Below are positions 27,447 to 41,393 of a stretch of 64,000 nt of DNA, one piece after another. A program made the position numbers and the translations under genes. The notes under the pieces are model-generated. The model did no database searches, was not told where the DNA came from, and saw only the letters and a program-made list of their open reading frames with translations. Numbering within the stretch: the first letter of the stretch is position 1; the number at the start of each line of letters is the position of its first letter. Origin of the DNA: Octopus sinensis (Eukaryota); assembly GCF_006345805.1 (NCBI RefSeq), contig NC_042997.1, positions 101,060,001-101,124,000 on the forward strand, written 5' to 3'.

Positions 27447-28958
27447 TATTTTCTACTATAGGCACAAGGTCTGAAGTCTTGGGATGGGAATTAGTCGATT
27501 ACATCGACCCCAGTACGCAACTGGTACTTAATTCATTGACCCCAAAAAGACAAAGTCGACCTCGGCTGAATTTGAACTCAGAACATAGCGACAGGCGAAA
27601 TACCGTTAAACATTTCGTCTTGCATGCCAACGATTCTGCTAGCTCGAACGAAATGGCAGTTGAAATACCTCTAAGCATTTCGCCCAGCGTGCTGACGATT
27701 CTGCCAGCTCGTCGCCTTAACAGCAACAATCCTTTCTAATGTAGGCACAATGCCTCAAATTTGTGGGGAGAGGAGTAGTTGATTACCTCGATCACAGCAT
27801 TTCACTGGTACTTAATTTATCAACAAGAAAGGACGAAAGGTAAAGTTGATCTCGGTGGAATTTGAACTCAGAACGTAGCTAGGGGCGAAATACCGCTAAT
27901 CATTTCGTCCAGCTCGCTGTCTTAATGATAATAATAGTACTTCTTTCTACTATAGGCACAAGGCCTGGATTTTTTTTTGAGGGGGGAACAGTCGATCATA
28001 TCGACCCCAGTACTCAACTGGTACTTGATTTATCGACTGCGAAAGGATGGAAGGCAAAGTCGACTGAGAACATAAAGACAGACGAAATACTGCTAAGCAT
28101 TTCGCCCAGCGTGCTAACGATTCTTATTTCTTTATTGCCTACAAGAGGCTAAACATAGAGGGGACAAACAAGGACAGACAATGGGATTAAGTCGATTACA
28201 TCAACCCCAGTGCATAACTGGTACTTAATTTATCGACCCTGAAAGGATGAAAGGCAAAGTCGACCTCGGCGGAATTTGAACTCAGAACGTAGTGGCAGAC
28301 GAAATACCTATTTCTTTTACTACCCACAAGGGGCTAAACACAGAGGGGACAAACAAGGACAGACAAATGGATTAAGTCGATTACATCGACCCCAGTGCGT
28401 AACTGGTACTTAATTTATCGCCCCCGAAAGGATGAAAGGCAAAGCCGACCTCGGCGGAATTTGAACTCAGAACGTAACGGCAGACGAAATACGGCTACGC
28501 ATTTCGCCCGGCGTGCTAACGTTTCTGCCAGCTCGCCGCCTTCCATAATAATAATAGTTAGTAGAACAGTATTATTAACGGAAGTCATCACCTATGCGGT
28601 TACAAAGTCATGCTTGGATCATAAGAATACCATTTATATTTTTATGTCGATTTAGGAGTACTACGATAATATAAGGGGGAAATTTTTTATCAGGATTCTC
28701 TTTAGAGAAGAAAAGAATAAATATATGTCAACTAGCCCTTCACCCAAACCACGGTTTCAAATTTTGGAACACGGCCAGCAGTTTCGGGGAGGAGGGTAAA
28801 TTGATTACATTAACCCCCAATGCTGAACTGGTACTTATTTTATCGAGTGCGAAAGAGAGGGTCGATTTCAGCGGAATTTGAACTAAGAACATAAGGATGG
28901 ACAGAATGCCCCTAGGCACTTTGGCCGGCGTGCTAATGATTCTGCCAGCTTGCAGCCG
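27445..28958 (-). mobile_element. Head-to-tail array of six SINEs of the Nin/Ceph-like family
   Basis: Copies at about 27447-27720, 27729-27922, 27941-28122, 28125-28307, 28308-28543 and 28752-28958, all on the minus strand, with three tail types. Confidence 0.88.
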
Positions 28959-29809
28959 TATCCCCTACATCAAAATTATAACAATTAAGCAGTTGGGTTA
29001 GACTATGCGTCACCGAGGAGGGTTGATAAGAACAAAACATGCTCAGAGTTATCCTTATAACTCTGAAACATAAAAACAAATTATCGAATTAGTTGGAAAT
29101 TATTCCAATCAATTTATATTTCGAAGTTCTTTCCTTTGCCTTTTTGCAAAAAAAAAAAAAAAAAAAGGAAGCAAACATAAAAATCCGCTAATGACTTTTC
29201 TTATTTTTACATGTGTAATTTCAATTAATTAAAATTCTGCTTTGTTCTCTCGACTATATATACTTGTCTGCAATTGACTATAAAATTTTGAAACATAAGA
29301 CACTTCATTGGAAACATTTTGTTTTTCTTCTAAAAGCAAATAGCAAGTCTTGGTCACGTTTTAAACTACTCTTAATCAATTTGAAGAAATATATGTATTT
29401 TCAAAATGAGCACATGAAACTCTGTAGTCTCGAATGATAACTTACAATATTGCAGCAATCCACTTGGATGATGGCTGGCACAATCGCTAGAAATCCTCCG
29501 CTCATATTACAGCATTTACTTACATCAAAGTACATTACAAGTTCAAATTTCATCGGGATTAACTTTGGCTATAATTCTTTTTTTTTTTTTTTCCGGGTCA
29601 ATAAAATGTAACAGTTATGTATTAGAAAATCGATTTAATGAACCGTATTCATATTCCTATACTTCAACCTTGTGCCAATTTAAGAAATCAATGATGCAAA
29701 AATGTATGTGAGTTCTGAAGACAATTTTAATACGGCTTCGATTCCTTGTGCCACTTTAATTAGCGAACCCGTCTGACCTTCTATCATGGATTACTGCCAG
29801 CTATTTGAG

Positions 29810-29902
29810 TTTACATACATACATGCATACATACTTTCATACACACACACATACACACACACATACACACACACACACACACATACATACATACATACAT
29901 AC

Positions 29903-29933
<31 letters not shown>

Positions 29934-29945
29934 TATATATATGTA
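29810..29945. repeat. Compound (CATA)n/(CA)n/(TA)n microsatellite
   Basis: Direct reading. Confidence 0.95.
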
Positions 29946-30544
29946 CATGACGTACCAATCTGATTCACACATGAATAACACATGCAGTAGGCAAGCCAAA
30001 GAGGAAGCCTCTATGTGGACCCCCGATATACTAGAGCTAACAGCAAAATCGCTCTTCAGAAAAGACATGTTAGATAAAAGGCTACTGGGTTCCCTGTGTA
30101 TAGCTAGAAGACAGAATGTTTATGGTTGGAATAGCTTGAATCGTACATATGTTAAATCATAAATAAGGTCGTTACAACTAGCAGTGGAGCATCCATTATG
30201 ATTCGCTCTACTGTCTGAAAAAAAATAGAAGATATACTATGCCTGAATAAAACAAAAACTTCTAACTGTTGATTATAATCAATAATTAACTCAAAACAAT
30301 AACAACACGCAGTTCGTTTTCGTTTCCAGACAACGTCAGCGACAACAACGCTGAAACAAATAACAACAAATAAGAGCAATAATCACAATAGCAAAAACAA
30401 GAGCAGGTTATGTTAACAATGATAGAGGACATAGAAATATTGTTACAAACATTTACTATTGTTACCATCAATACCAAGTCCGTCATCTCTTCACCGATCA
30501 CCTTCTCTCTCTCTCTCTCTCTCACATACACACACACACACACA

Positions 30545-30581
<37 letters not shown>

Positions 30582-30889
30582 GATATAAATAGATGAGTGT
30601 ATTTTCTCTTGTTAACAATTAACACGGAAAAAATAGATAAATAGTTACCAGGGTAGCAAAAAAATCACACAAGTAGGTTGTAACTCCTCGTTTTTCTGTT
30701 AAAATGTCTTATTGACGAGTTTCATTTCTTCACTTCCCTGAAGAGAAGATTACATTTTTTTACACCATTTATTCCTTTGGAATAATATCAGTGATATCTT
30801 CGAAACATGTGTCGGAAGTAAAAGTATTTGAATTATATCTGCGTTAAACTCCATTTGAATCATAATGACGACGTCATAATATCTAAGTC

Positions 30890-31680
30890 AACCTTCCTGG
30901 AAGTGGTAAACTTTGTTAAAACAGATCTCTTCTGGTAAAGCACCTGGCATGGACGCTGTCTCTCCTGAAATCTACAAGCATAGTGGACAGAAGCTTTTAA
31001 GAAATTGCAATGACCTCTTCATGAATATTTGGATGTTACACTGTGTACCACAGGATTTCAAGGATGCCTCAATCCAGCATTTTTGTAAGAACAAAAGAAA
31101 CAGAAGTGTTTGTGATAATCATCGCGAGATATAACTTCTGTCTATTACTGGTAAGATTCTTGCTCGACTCATTCTTGACAGGATCATCAAACACTTTGTA
31201 AATGATATCTATCCAGAATCACAGTGCGGATTTTGTTCTGGTCGTGGCACTATCGACATGATCTTTTCCCTTCACCAGGTCATGGAGAATATACGTGAGA
31301 AAAATCAAGAGCTGTTCATGGTATTCGTTGACCTTACTAAGGCCTACGACACTGTTTGACCATAAGTATAAAGAAGACGGAAGTAATCCACCAGCCTTGC
31401 CCTACTCCTAAACGAATTCGAGGTGTCAAGTAGAAGCCACTAGTTCGCAATTTTTTTGACACTCCTAAAAATATCTTAGTAGTAAAGTGAATTCGAGCGC
31501 TTACCTTAATGAAATCGTCAACCGTCTGGCAAAGGCAACCAATGCATTTGGCAAACTCCGTCATCGCCTATGGAATGAAAGGGGTATTAAACTTGACACC
31601 AAAGTACAGGTCTATAAAGCAGCTGTTTTTACTATTTGGTATGGTTCAGAATCGTGGATACTTATAGACGACACATAAAC
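30890..31680 (+). mobile_element. RTE (BovB-like) LINE reverse-transcriptase fragments
   Basis: SGKAPGMD, VPQDFKDASI, NRSVCDNHR, YPESQCGF..GRGTIDMIF, FVDLTKAYDTV; after a deletion RLAKATNAFGKLRHRLWNERGIKLDTKVQVYKA. Confidence 0.92.
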
Positions 31681-32500
31681 CAAGAAGACATTTTCCACTA
31701 AGGCTGTCTCAGGAACATTGAACTTTTTCAACGGAGTTATATGGAGATGTAGTGTTCCCTGGTTAGATTCTTCGGTTTCACATGTAATACATCTGCGATC
31801 ATTAATATCCCAGGATGCACTGCACTTAACAGAATCGAAGGCTGTCGCAAAATCCAAATTGTTTAGGATGTTTCGCTGTTGGTAGCCCCGGCATTGTTCG
31901 AGAATCCTTCCCAGAGTGAGAACCTCTCAAGTTGAAAATTTTCCGAGTGACACTTAGTGACAAATTTTCACTGTCAGTGACCTCGACTAGCTGAAAATTT
32001 CAAGATAATCTACGAGAACTTGGATATCTAATCTGTTCTTGAACGCCTCACTGTGTATATGTCACATGTTGGCTTGAATATCAACACAGAGGCAAAAATT
32101 ATGTATCTGCTGGCATCATGTTTCTAGAAAGTGTCTATAGGCAAGATACCAGTAATCTCTGTCATACTCAGAAATAAGATTCTAGAGAATCCCTGTCAAT
32201 TCAAGGAATTTGACGCTAGCCTGACTTCACACATCAGAACAAAGTTAAGATAGACGTCCACTTCAACTACTATCTGTGTGGTACTTTCCTTCTATCCTCT
32301 TCAAAGCCTTTAACATGGATTAATACGTTCAGGTTAGATCTTAATTCAATATCTGATTTTCGATTGTACATTGCTCGCCTTTGGAACTGTGAATATTTGA
32401 CCATCTCCGCTGAAGTTGCCTGTGATCATCGGATAAAGTCATCTTCTGTTCGTAATGCGATGGAATTATAATGGTTAGCGCTAGCTAAATGTATCGCAGA
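31681..32500 (-). mobile_element. Second RTE-type LINE, RT fragment in opposite orientation
   Basis: TLGRILEQCRGYQQ..LDFATAFDSV on the minus strand. Confidence 0.7.
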
Positions 32501-33449
32501 TGAACACTGAAGCAAGTACAAAGTATGTGCTACTATTATCAACAACAGCAACATCAAAAACAACGGCTACTTTAAAGCAAGGAGAGAGTTCCTATGTGGA
32601 TACTCGAATTATTAGAAATAGCAGCGAATTCCTTAAACTTATACGCTAACGTATAAATAAAAATATTAAAAATACACATATTGGGCAACATTAGTCCGAG
32701 ATATACTAAAAAGAAAAAAAAGAGATAGTTACTGCTGGAATGCATTAGGCCAAAGGCCTGCTTGATTTAGGTTTATACGATACTAAACAACTACAGGAAT
32801 CTCAGCATCATCTAAAAAAATTCATTATGACTTATCGTCATTGTTGTTTTGTTAAGCCGTTAATCAGCCCCGTTTGACTAAACTTTTGATTTAAAATGTC
32901 CAAGAAGTAACTAACCTGCTTTTTTGTAAAGAAATAGTGCATATAGGACTACATCATCCAATGAGTCCTAACATTTTTCAAGATATAGGGTGTGCTTTTT
33001 AAAATTTAGTTGCTTTTTCTAAAAGGTCTATTGTCTGTGCAGATGTTCCCTTACTGGACTAGATAAATGATTAGCTTTTCATATTGAGACGCGTCCCTGA
33101 TAAAGAGACCTAACTCTCAATGACTCAGTCCACATGAATTACGATAGAATCATTAATATAAGAGGGGAAAATAGTTCTAGATCATTGTTATTGATTTGTT
33201 ACAATAGTTTACAAATATTTCATTCGTGAATATGTTTGCGTAAATGAAGTGATTTACCGACTGAAAAGGGGATTTATGAATGCTACACAAATGTTATATA
33301 ATATATTTGTTATTTTGTGTAAAATGCTTGGCATGATTTTAAAGTTGCATTTATTTGACAAGTGATTTGATCTGAGATCGAATATTGAAACTACAATCCG
33401 TTTTGGTAGAGCCAGTGATCAATATTTGCAGTGAAGGATCTTTTCCTTA

Positions 33450-34700
33450 CAGGAGAGGGGGAGCTGGTGGTTAGGTGTAACCCTTGCACTTTGCTTCTCT
33501 AGGTGTGTATGTGTATTTATAGCAAGGGGTGCACCTGACCAGCAAGAGCCGATGTTTGTGGACAGAGCCGCAGCTAGTTCTTGCTGCTTTCTTCAATTTG
33601 CACACTTCTACTGTTCCCCCATTCATCGTCAGTGCGATGTCTTTAGGACGGGATTCTCTGTACTACTTCTGTAGTGTTTCCTAGTTGACACTCGATAGCG
33701 TAATGAATTGCTTTGGTTACTTTGGTAATTGATGAATCTGATCTAGAAGTTGCAGAGAAGGAGACGATATTCATTGTAAATGAAAGCACTGAAGGAGGGA
33801 CAATCAGCAAACGACGAGCATGCTGGTTGGAGGATGAGCATATGATCTACTGCATTTTTTGCATTCGTCACTCGACTAGTCCATGTGATTTTGTGGGCTG
33901 CACATTTCGTGAACTAGATTGTATCACAGTGAAATTGAGACCGCTAAAAGAATCAATCAAAATACATGTCTACCATTACGAGTACCAAATGCATGTGGAC
34001 TGATAACATCCGAATCTGCTCATTTGCATCTGAGTTTGGCAATGAAATCATCAACTATAACAAGTAGCTCTCACTCTTCTGGAGTCTGGCATCCATCTAA
34101 TCTTCTAAATCTTGATAAAACTATCTCTTCTCCAGGAGCTACTGACGTTGCGGTAAAGATTGTGACCATAAGAAGCGTTCTACTTTTATCTGTAGAAGGA
34201 CTGTCATGAGGCATTGTGATACGCTGTGGGTAGATACCAAGGGGGTATTTCTTTTTGACCAAGAGAATTACACCAATTCCGATATAGCTGCATTCTGTCT
34301 GACAGAGAGAATAAACCAACTATGCAGGCGTGTTTCGTGACCAAGCAGTGTCTTTCACACAAAATGATTGCTATTCAGTGGAGCTGCTTCAAAATGTTCG
34401 ACTGCAAAGGCTGTTTCGAGCGTGATAATGTTTCAGCAACCCACAGTTAGATTCATTGATACAGTGAAATTGAGAGCCAGCAGACATCAACACTATCCCA
34501 CTGAATGAGGACTTGCAATTTAGTGCGTCATTACTTTTTGGAAGAATAAATTTGTCAGCCTCTTCCCAGATGTACTGCTTTCAACACCAACGACCCGACA
34601 CACACGCTTGAAGACCGTATACCACATGACTGGCAAACGAACGATACCCATTGACTACTCTCAGACACCATCTTTTGATGGCCAAGTATACCCCTTAATA
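33450..34700 (-). mobile_element. LINE apurinic endonuclease remnant, probably the 5' part of the element at 31681-32500
   Basis: VTIFTATSVAP, LLVIVDDFIAKL, PHAFGTRNGR and HKITWTS..NAVDHMLI, resembling APE-domain motifs. Confidence 0.75.
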
Positions 34701-34746
34701 TAAGTACACACATACACTTCGGGAGAAGCGTAGTGCAAGGGGTACA

Positions 34747-35600
34747 TCTAATCCTCAGTATCTTTCTAGCGCAATGAGGAGACCATACACTGCAAATATA
34801 GATAATAATGGGCGTTATGTCCGTCTGTCCGTCTCTTTGTTCCCTCTTCACGGCCAGACAGCTGGAACAATGGTTACAATATTTTTCGGGATTACAAAGA
34901 CGGTCGTCAACAAGGTTTTTGGTATTAAAAAATCAGAAAGAATGATTATTTCGTGGATATCAATTTTTGAATTGATAAATCACCATCGCATATCTATTAA
35001 AAAACTCACCGACCACGTGTAACTCTGGATTTTCTTCGTATAGTTCGTGGCGCCATTGTAGATAAGAAGGGGGTCGCGAGGACGGTTAATAGCGAAAATA
35101 AAATGGAAAACGTGTGTGTCGGTATATAATGTGTGATTGTTTAGTGGTTATTGAAGTGTGTCAGTCTGGAGCAGGATTCGAAACGGCTATTCGACGTAGC
35201 TGTTGTTTGCATCTCAGTTTTGTCAATCAAAATAACCCATGGTACCAGAACATCCAGACATTCGCATAGAACAGTGAGAGGTAAATCTTAGTTTGGTTTT
35301 TTGTAACCCTAAAGATTCTGCTCGCGCATTCACAGCAAACAAGACACAAGGTCAGACTTTAGATCATGTCGGTGTATTTTTATCCACTTCGATGTTTATA
35401 CACGGTCAGTTATACGTCGCTATGAGTAGAGCAACGGACTCCAGCAATTTAAAAATTAGTGTTGACCAAACAGAAAATATCGTCTACAAAGAAGTTTTGT
35501 AATCATATTGATATTATCAAAAGGAATATGATTCATAATTTAAATAAGGAAATTTGTGAACTTTGAACGTATAAGAGTATAAACAAGCGCGAAATAAGCT
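34747..35600 (+). mobile_element. Non-autonomous Helitron remnant with a PIF1 helicase C-terminal fragment
   Basis: ORF 35293-35502 AFTANKTQGQTL..HGQLYVAMSR..NIVYKEVL; GTCCGTCTGTCCGTC 5' motif; termini degenerate. Confidence 0.7.
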
Positions 35601-36049
35601 AAAATAAAAGTATATCTAAACATTTTTGTCTTAATACTTTTTATGTAGTGTTCGAAGGAAACTCTGGCTTTCGTTATGTAAGCTTTTTTCGTAGCTTTTT
35701 TATGTAGCTTTCGTTAGAAGTGGTCCACATAAACATTCATGATACAGAGGCTGGGAGCCTATTTCAGTTCGGGAATGAATTATCACGTCACGTAGTCGTA
35801 AACATGTCATATAGCTTCAATAGAATGCTGTATCACCAACAATAATATGATTTCTCTAAGACATCACCTAGTAATCTATCAAGTCCATTTACACATTTCT
35901 AAATGCATACTGCTGTTATGACTTCCCTCTCTCAATTTATGCCTCCATCGTAGACAGATAGATTTGCTAGTATTGATAATTGATATTAAAGATGAAGCTA
36001 ATAACGCGCTAGCAACTGTGAAAAGCAAACTGAAAAGTTGAGAATATTA

Positions 36050-36445
36050 TCTTATCTTTTATCTTACACTTGTTTTAGTCATTAGACTGCGGCAATGCTG
36101 GGTTACCACTTTGATGAAATTTTAGCCGATTAAATCGACCCCAACACTTATTTTATTTTAAGCCTGGTACTCATTCAATCGGTCTCTTTTGCCGAACCGC
36201 TAATTTACGGGGTCGTAAACATACCATCAACGACTGTCAAGCAGGTGTGGTGGAGCAAACACAGACACAAAGACACTCACTTATATACGATGGGCTTCTT
36301 CCTGTTTTCGTCTACCAAATCCACTCACAAGGCTTTGGTCGGTCTGAGGCTATAGTAGAAGACACTTAAAGGTACACGCAGTGGGACTGAACCTAGAACC
36401 ATGTGGCTAGGAAGCAAACTTTTTGCCACACATCCACGCCTGTGC
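36050..36445 (-). mobile_element. Full-length CORE-like tRNA-derived SINE
   Basis: Minus strand reads GGCGTGGATGTGTGG..GGTTCTAGGTTCAGTCCC..TAAGTGTCTTCTACTATAGCC.., with tail CAGCATTGCCGCAGTCTAATGACTAAAACAAG. Confidence 0.9.
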
Positions 36446-37419
36446 CTATATAGATATTTCTTTAATACCAATGAAACACGATCTATTATCACTCTACACC
36501 AGCCGGTAGTATCCACGAACTTTGAAATCTCCATGGCAACCAATTCTCTTAAGAATAATAAAACAGCGGGATCCGACTGCATCTGCATAAAGTCCATTAG
36601 ATGATCTTTCAGTTGGACGACGCGAAAGCTAAATCCAACAGTTTTTACCTCTGTTAATCTGTGTAAGCCGGTGCTACGAGGAAAGTAACAGCTCTATAGG
36701 AAAGAGAGTTAATAGAGTTCCAGTTGCCATTTAAAGTATACACCATTTTATTCATATTTAAAATATTTAATGCAATTAAAAACTATTCATTACGTGTCAT
36801 AAAGTTCCGGCCTCCATGTAAGATCTACTCCCTAACTTGATATGTTTTACCAATTTTCGCAATGTAGAAAAAGTCACATGATTTCGAAGAAGCTTATCTC
36901 TTGAAAGATTAAAAATCATATCACGAGGAAACATACAAATAAATGAGCCAGAGAGAGAAGGCATCTATGCCGTGGGACAACCTACTAGAAATAGCCTTCA
37001 AATAGCCCTGAAATCATATTCTACAGTCTTTAAAAAACAAAAACGTCGCATATAATGTATTTCACAATTAGAAACCAAAAACTGGAATATAGTCATCGCT
37101 GGAACGACTTTTATACTAGGTCTACTCAATCATAGCTAACCTGGAACTACATAACAACGAATCATGCAAGTAAATTTTTGCATATTTCTTTTGAACTTAG
37201 AATTCATCTCCAAGGAATATAGGATTTATATATAATAACCGAAATATTAAAAATATTATTATCTTAAAATGTACTTCATTTGTCATTTATATTAAAGCTT
37301 GGATATTATATATTGAACTCCAAATTAACATTTATTTTAATGGGATGATATATTTTATATATTGAGATAATTACAATTTTTCTTATAACAGAAGTACAAT
37401 CAACTGAATCGGCTCTTGT

Positions 37420-39330
37420 GTATTACTGGTATCATCAATTTCAGAGATTTTGGGAAGGGGATAATGAAGGCAAATTCGAATCTGGTACGTATTTCATCTC
37501 AAAACTGAGAGGCAAAACAAAATGTTGTAAGCTATTTAGTACGCTCTACCAACTTGTTACATTAATGTAAAATCGCAATAGGAGACGCTTGCAATAACTT
37601 GATATTTAATGACGGCTTTTTACATTCTAAATTAAATTCTGTCGACGTCAACTTTACTTTTCATTCTCCCGAAATAGATAAAATAAAGTAGCAGTACTAG
37701 TTTTGATATAACCAATTGTCCCTTTTCTAACAAGTTTGAAGACTAGTGCCATAGTAAGAAATGAAAATGTTACTGTCAATAAAAAGCGGTAGGATATCAA
37801 ACGTTAGAGATTCAGATAAACTACCACGCAGTATCTAGTTACGTTCTGAGTTCAAATGCCATCGAGGTCAAACTTATCCTTAACTCTTCCACAGGTCTTA
37901 ACAGAAAACCATGTACTGCGATGATTGTATCCATTGTTTATTTCCCGGAATTTCTAGTCTTCTGTTTTCTAAGTTAGAAATTAATATCTTTTCTATTACT
38001 AAAGAGTGCTGGAAGACAGAAGCAGTAACACTCCAGATTATATATATTTTGCAATTCTCAGTTATGTCTACTTACCTTCTAAGTTCAAATATCGACAGGA
38101 TGAATTTTGTCTTTACACCACAGTTAATAGAAATATATACCATTCATTTATCCGACCCTGCCAGCTACTACTGCCTTTTTGTGGAAATAGTTGATGGTTT
38201 CCAAGATAAATAGCTGTCATTATTATATCATTATAAATCGGTGTGCTGCATAATCGTTAGCACGCCGGGCAAAATGCTTAGCAGCATTTCGTCCGTCTTT
38301 ACTGCCTGATTTCAAATTCCTCAGAGGTCGACTCTACCTTTCATCTTTTCAGGGTTGATAAAATAAGTTTCAGTTACGTACTGGGGTCGGTATAATCGAC
38401 TTTGCCTCTCCTCCGAAATTGTTAGCCCGGAGAAATGTTTAGCGGCGTTTCTTCCCTCTGTACGTTCTGTGTTCAAACACCGCTGAGGCCAACAATACCT
38501 TTCATTCCTCCAAGTCAATGAAATCAAGATGACATCGACTAATCCTATCCCTCAAAGTTATTGGCATTGTGCCAAAATCAGAAATTTTTATTATATCTGG
38601 TAGAGTAGTGAGTTAGGAGAATCATTAGAACGTCGGTAAAATTTATCCTTCTGGAGTTGATAAAATAAAGTACCAGTCAAATGTTTGAGTCGCTGGTACC
38701 GATTAACCCCTTTCCTTCACTGTGTCTGGCATTGTGCCTTACATAGAAACAATTATATCAAGGCCGATGGACTGTAATATTTCCTTTTGTCATTAAATGT
38801 TCTGAGTTCAAATCTTGTCAAAACAGACATTGCCTTTCATTCTCTCGGGGGTGACAAATTTACTACCATCATGTTATTGGGTAGATTTAATTGAGTGTTG
38901 TTTTCTACAAAATGTGTAGCATTTTGTATTTGTGTTAGAAAGAAATCCCTTCTATTATCATCAAATAATTTTTGCCAATAGAATCATTGACACAATCAAA
39001 GATTAAAAATATTTCAATAACAAGCACTTGATATATTTGAGTCGAAAACATAAAATTATGAAATTATCCAATTCGACCTCATAAAACATGAAGTCAATAG
39101 ATAGATATTTCAAGCAGTTCTAGCATTTTGAATATATTTTTGTTATTCTACTATAAGCACAAGGACTGAAATTTTGTGAATGTGAGCTAGTCGAATACAT
39201 CGACTCCAGTGCTCAACTGGTACCTATTTTATCGACTTTGAAAGGATAAAAGGTAAAGTCGACCGCGGCGGTGTTTGCACTCAGAACGTAGAGCTGGAAG
39301 AAATGCCTCTAAGCATTTTGTCATAATGTA
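37420..39330. mobile_element. Cluster of about 9 degenerate SINE copies of the Nin/Ceph-like family
   Basis: Repeated TTCTGAGTTCAAAT and GATAAAATAAGTACCAG-like motifs, mostly on the plus strand, minus at both edges. Confidence 0.75.
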
Positions 39331-40564
39331 CAAAAAATATACCAATTATGGTTAATTAGTGTATTTGATGCATGTAATGAAAATAATAATGTATTAGTCG
39401 ATGTCTACCAACAAATCATAACGTACATTAAACACGCCACCTATCATAAGCAGAAAAGTTGTTAAAAATTAAACAGTCACCAAGCAATACTTTAAGTGTG
39501 TGTTAGTTAAAAAATATTTATTGTGAATGTTTCTGAAACATAATTTTTGTTACCAGCTGTTCCCAGAGATAACTAATTATGGTAGGTGACAATAGTTGAA
39601 TAAGTTTTAAATTGGACTGTATGGGTTGTGCTCACCCATACAATAATACAAACGCAATCATGGAATGATACACTAGCTGCCCTTCGTCGCATGCTCTGTC
39701 ATGTGTGTCTGTGTATAATATCTCTTAATTCCTTCCATAAAAATGAACACAGTAAGTTGATTCATACCGCGCATGCGCTATGAATCAACTTTCGCTTGCT
39801 GTCAGCAGTCGACTGAATGGTTTATTATATAACTGCAAATAGATTACTTGACCTACATTATGGCTGCTTGTACGGCTTGGCTAACAGTACACGATACACA
39901 TCCAGACAGAATTATTCACCAGCTGCCCTATGTTTTAAGTGGTATGTTAAATGTTTATGTGCATATTAAGCCGGCTTCGCACCATATGGATATACGCAGT
40001 TGGATTCATTTGATTATAATGCTAGCAGTTTGAAAGGGATAAAACATGGACAACTGTATACAGGATAAAGAAAGAAACGAGTTAATTTATAATGTGTGTT
40101 TGTGCAAATGCGAATGGGTTTAAAACTGTACATCACTACTAGACAACTACCAGCCCCACACCACCACTATGAAAGTGAATTTTGCTTGCCCTCTTCACTA
40201 ATGAAAAGACAAAAATGGAATTTGTATCCATAGTTCTTAATTCGTCATAGAGTCGAGCAAGTTTTAAAATCATCTGAATTTTATTAAACGTGGCTATTTG
40301 TCCGTCCCTTTTCAATCCTCACAGATCCCTTTCCAATATAAAACCAGTCGTTTAATGTTCTGTAACAATATTTAATTGAATGTTACAACAAAAATATTTT
40401 AATGATTTATATAGCATCGTGCTTATATAAATCATGCGAGTATCGTTGAGTTATATTTAAATATTTTAGACACGTTCTATATTATCTCATTTTTATTATG
40501 TTTACTAACTACTATGTTCTGTTCTAAACCCATTAATTTGTAATGAGATTTTTCTTCGTCTATC

Positions 40565-41190
40565 ATGAAAAATGTCCATCAACATAACACTGATTATCTG
40601 AAGCATGAATTTATTACAGCTCCACACGACTGTCACCTACCACAATGTTTAATATGCAATTTTCTATGTAGCAATAAAGGTTATAAATCATCGTCCCCTG
40701 AATGCACATTTCGCCAATAAACATGATGAGTTATCCGGGAAAAGTACTGACATTCTACCCTAAATTTACAGAAATAAAACAGAAGCTAAATAATGCCGTG
40801 GCAACATATGCATCATATCGAAATGTCCTTCAACTATTGACTCGTCAACTTCGCTAATATTTCCCTCCCGTCATGGTATGCGCAGCCTTTTCAGAAGTAG
40901 CTATCAATGCTCCAGAATGACGAAACTATGAAAGTACTGTGTCAAACTATCGTATTAAATCATGGTTATTTCTCTGTGGGTTTCTGAAGAAGTTGCGTGC
41001 AAATATCCTTTGTTCTTAACACTTCTATTCTTTCTATTCTTTCTCGAAAGTGGACTCAGTGGACTTATTAATTCGTCATACAGAAAGTCAAACAAGCCTC
41101 ATATCACAAAACGAGATTTACATCTGATACTTGCCAAATTACAGCATGCTTGCTGGCCAGCATTAGATACGAGACGCTCGTTCACAATTA
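40565..41190 (+). mobile_element. hAT (Buster/Charlie-type) transposase N-terminal remnant
   Basis: MKNVHQHNTDYLKHEFITAPHDCHLPQCLICNFLCSN then, frameshifted, LNAHFANKH (BED finger); later KSNKPH. Confidence 0.7.
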
Positions 41191-41393
41191 ATTAGTATTT
41201 TTACCATGGAACATTAGCGGACTTACTCCCATATTAAATAGGCTATCATAATACAACTTTGTATGGTTAATAGTATTATATGTAGTTAGCACATATGTTA
41301 GATAAGTCATTGAATTTATTTGCTATCCAAAATGTCTGGAAGGGGGAATGAATTTTGATTAAACTGAGCAATTTTCTTTCTATCAATATTGTA

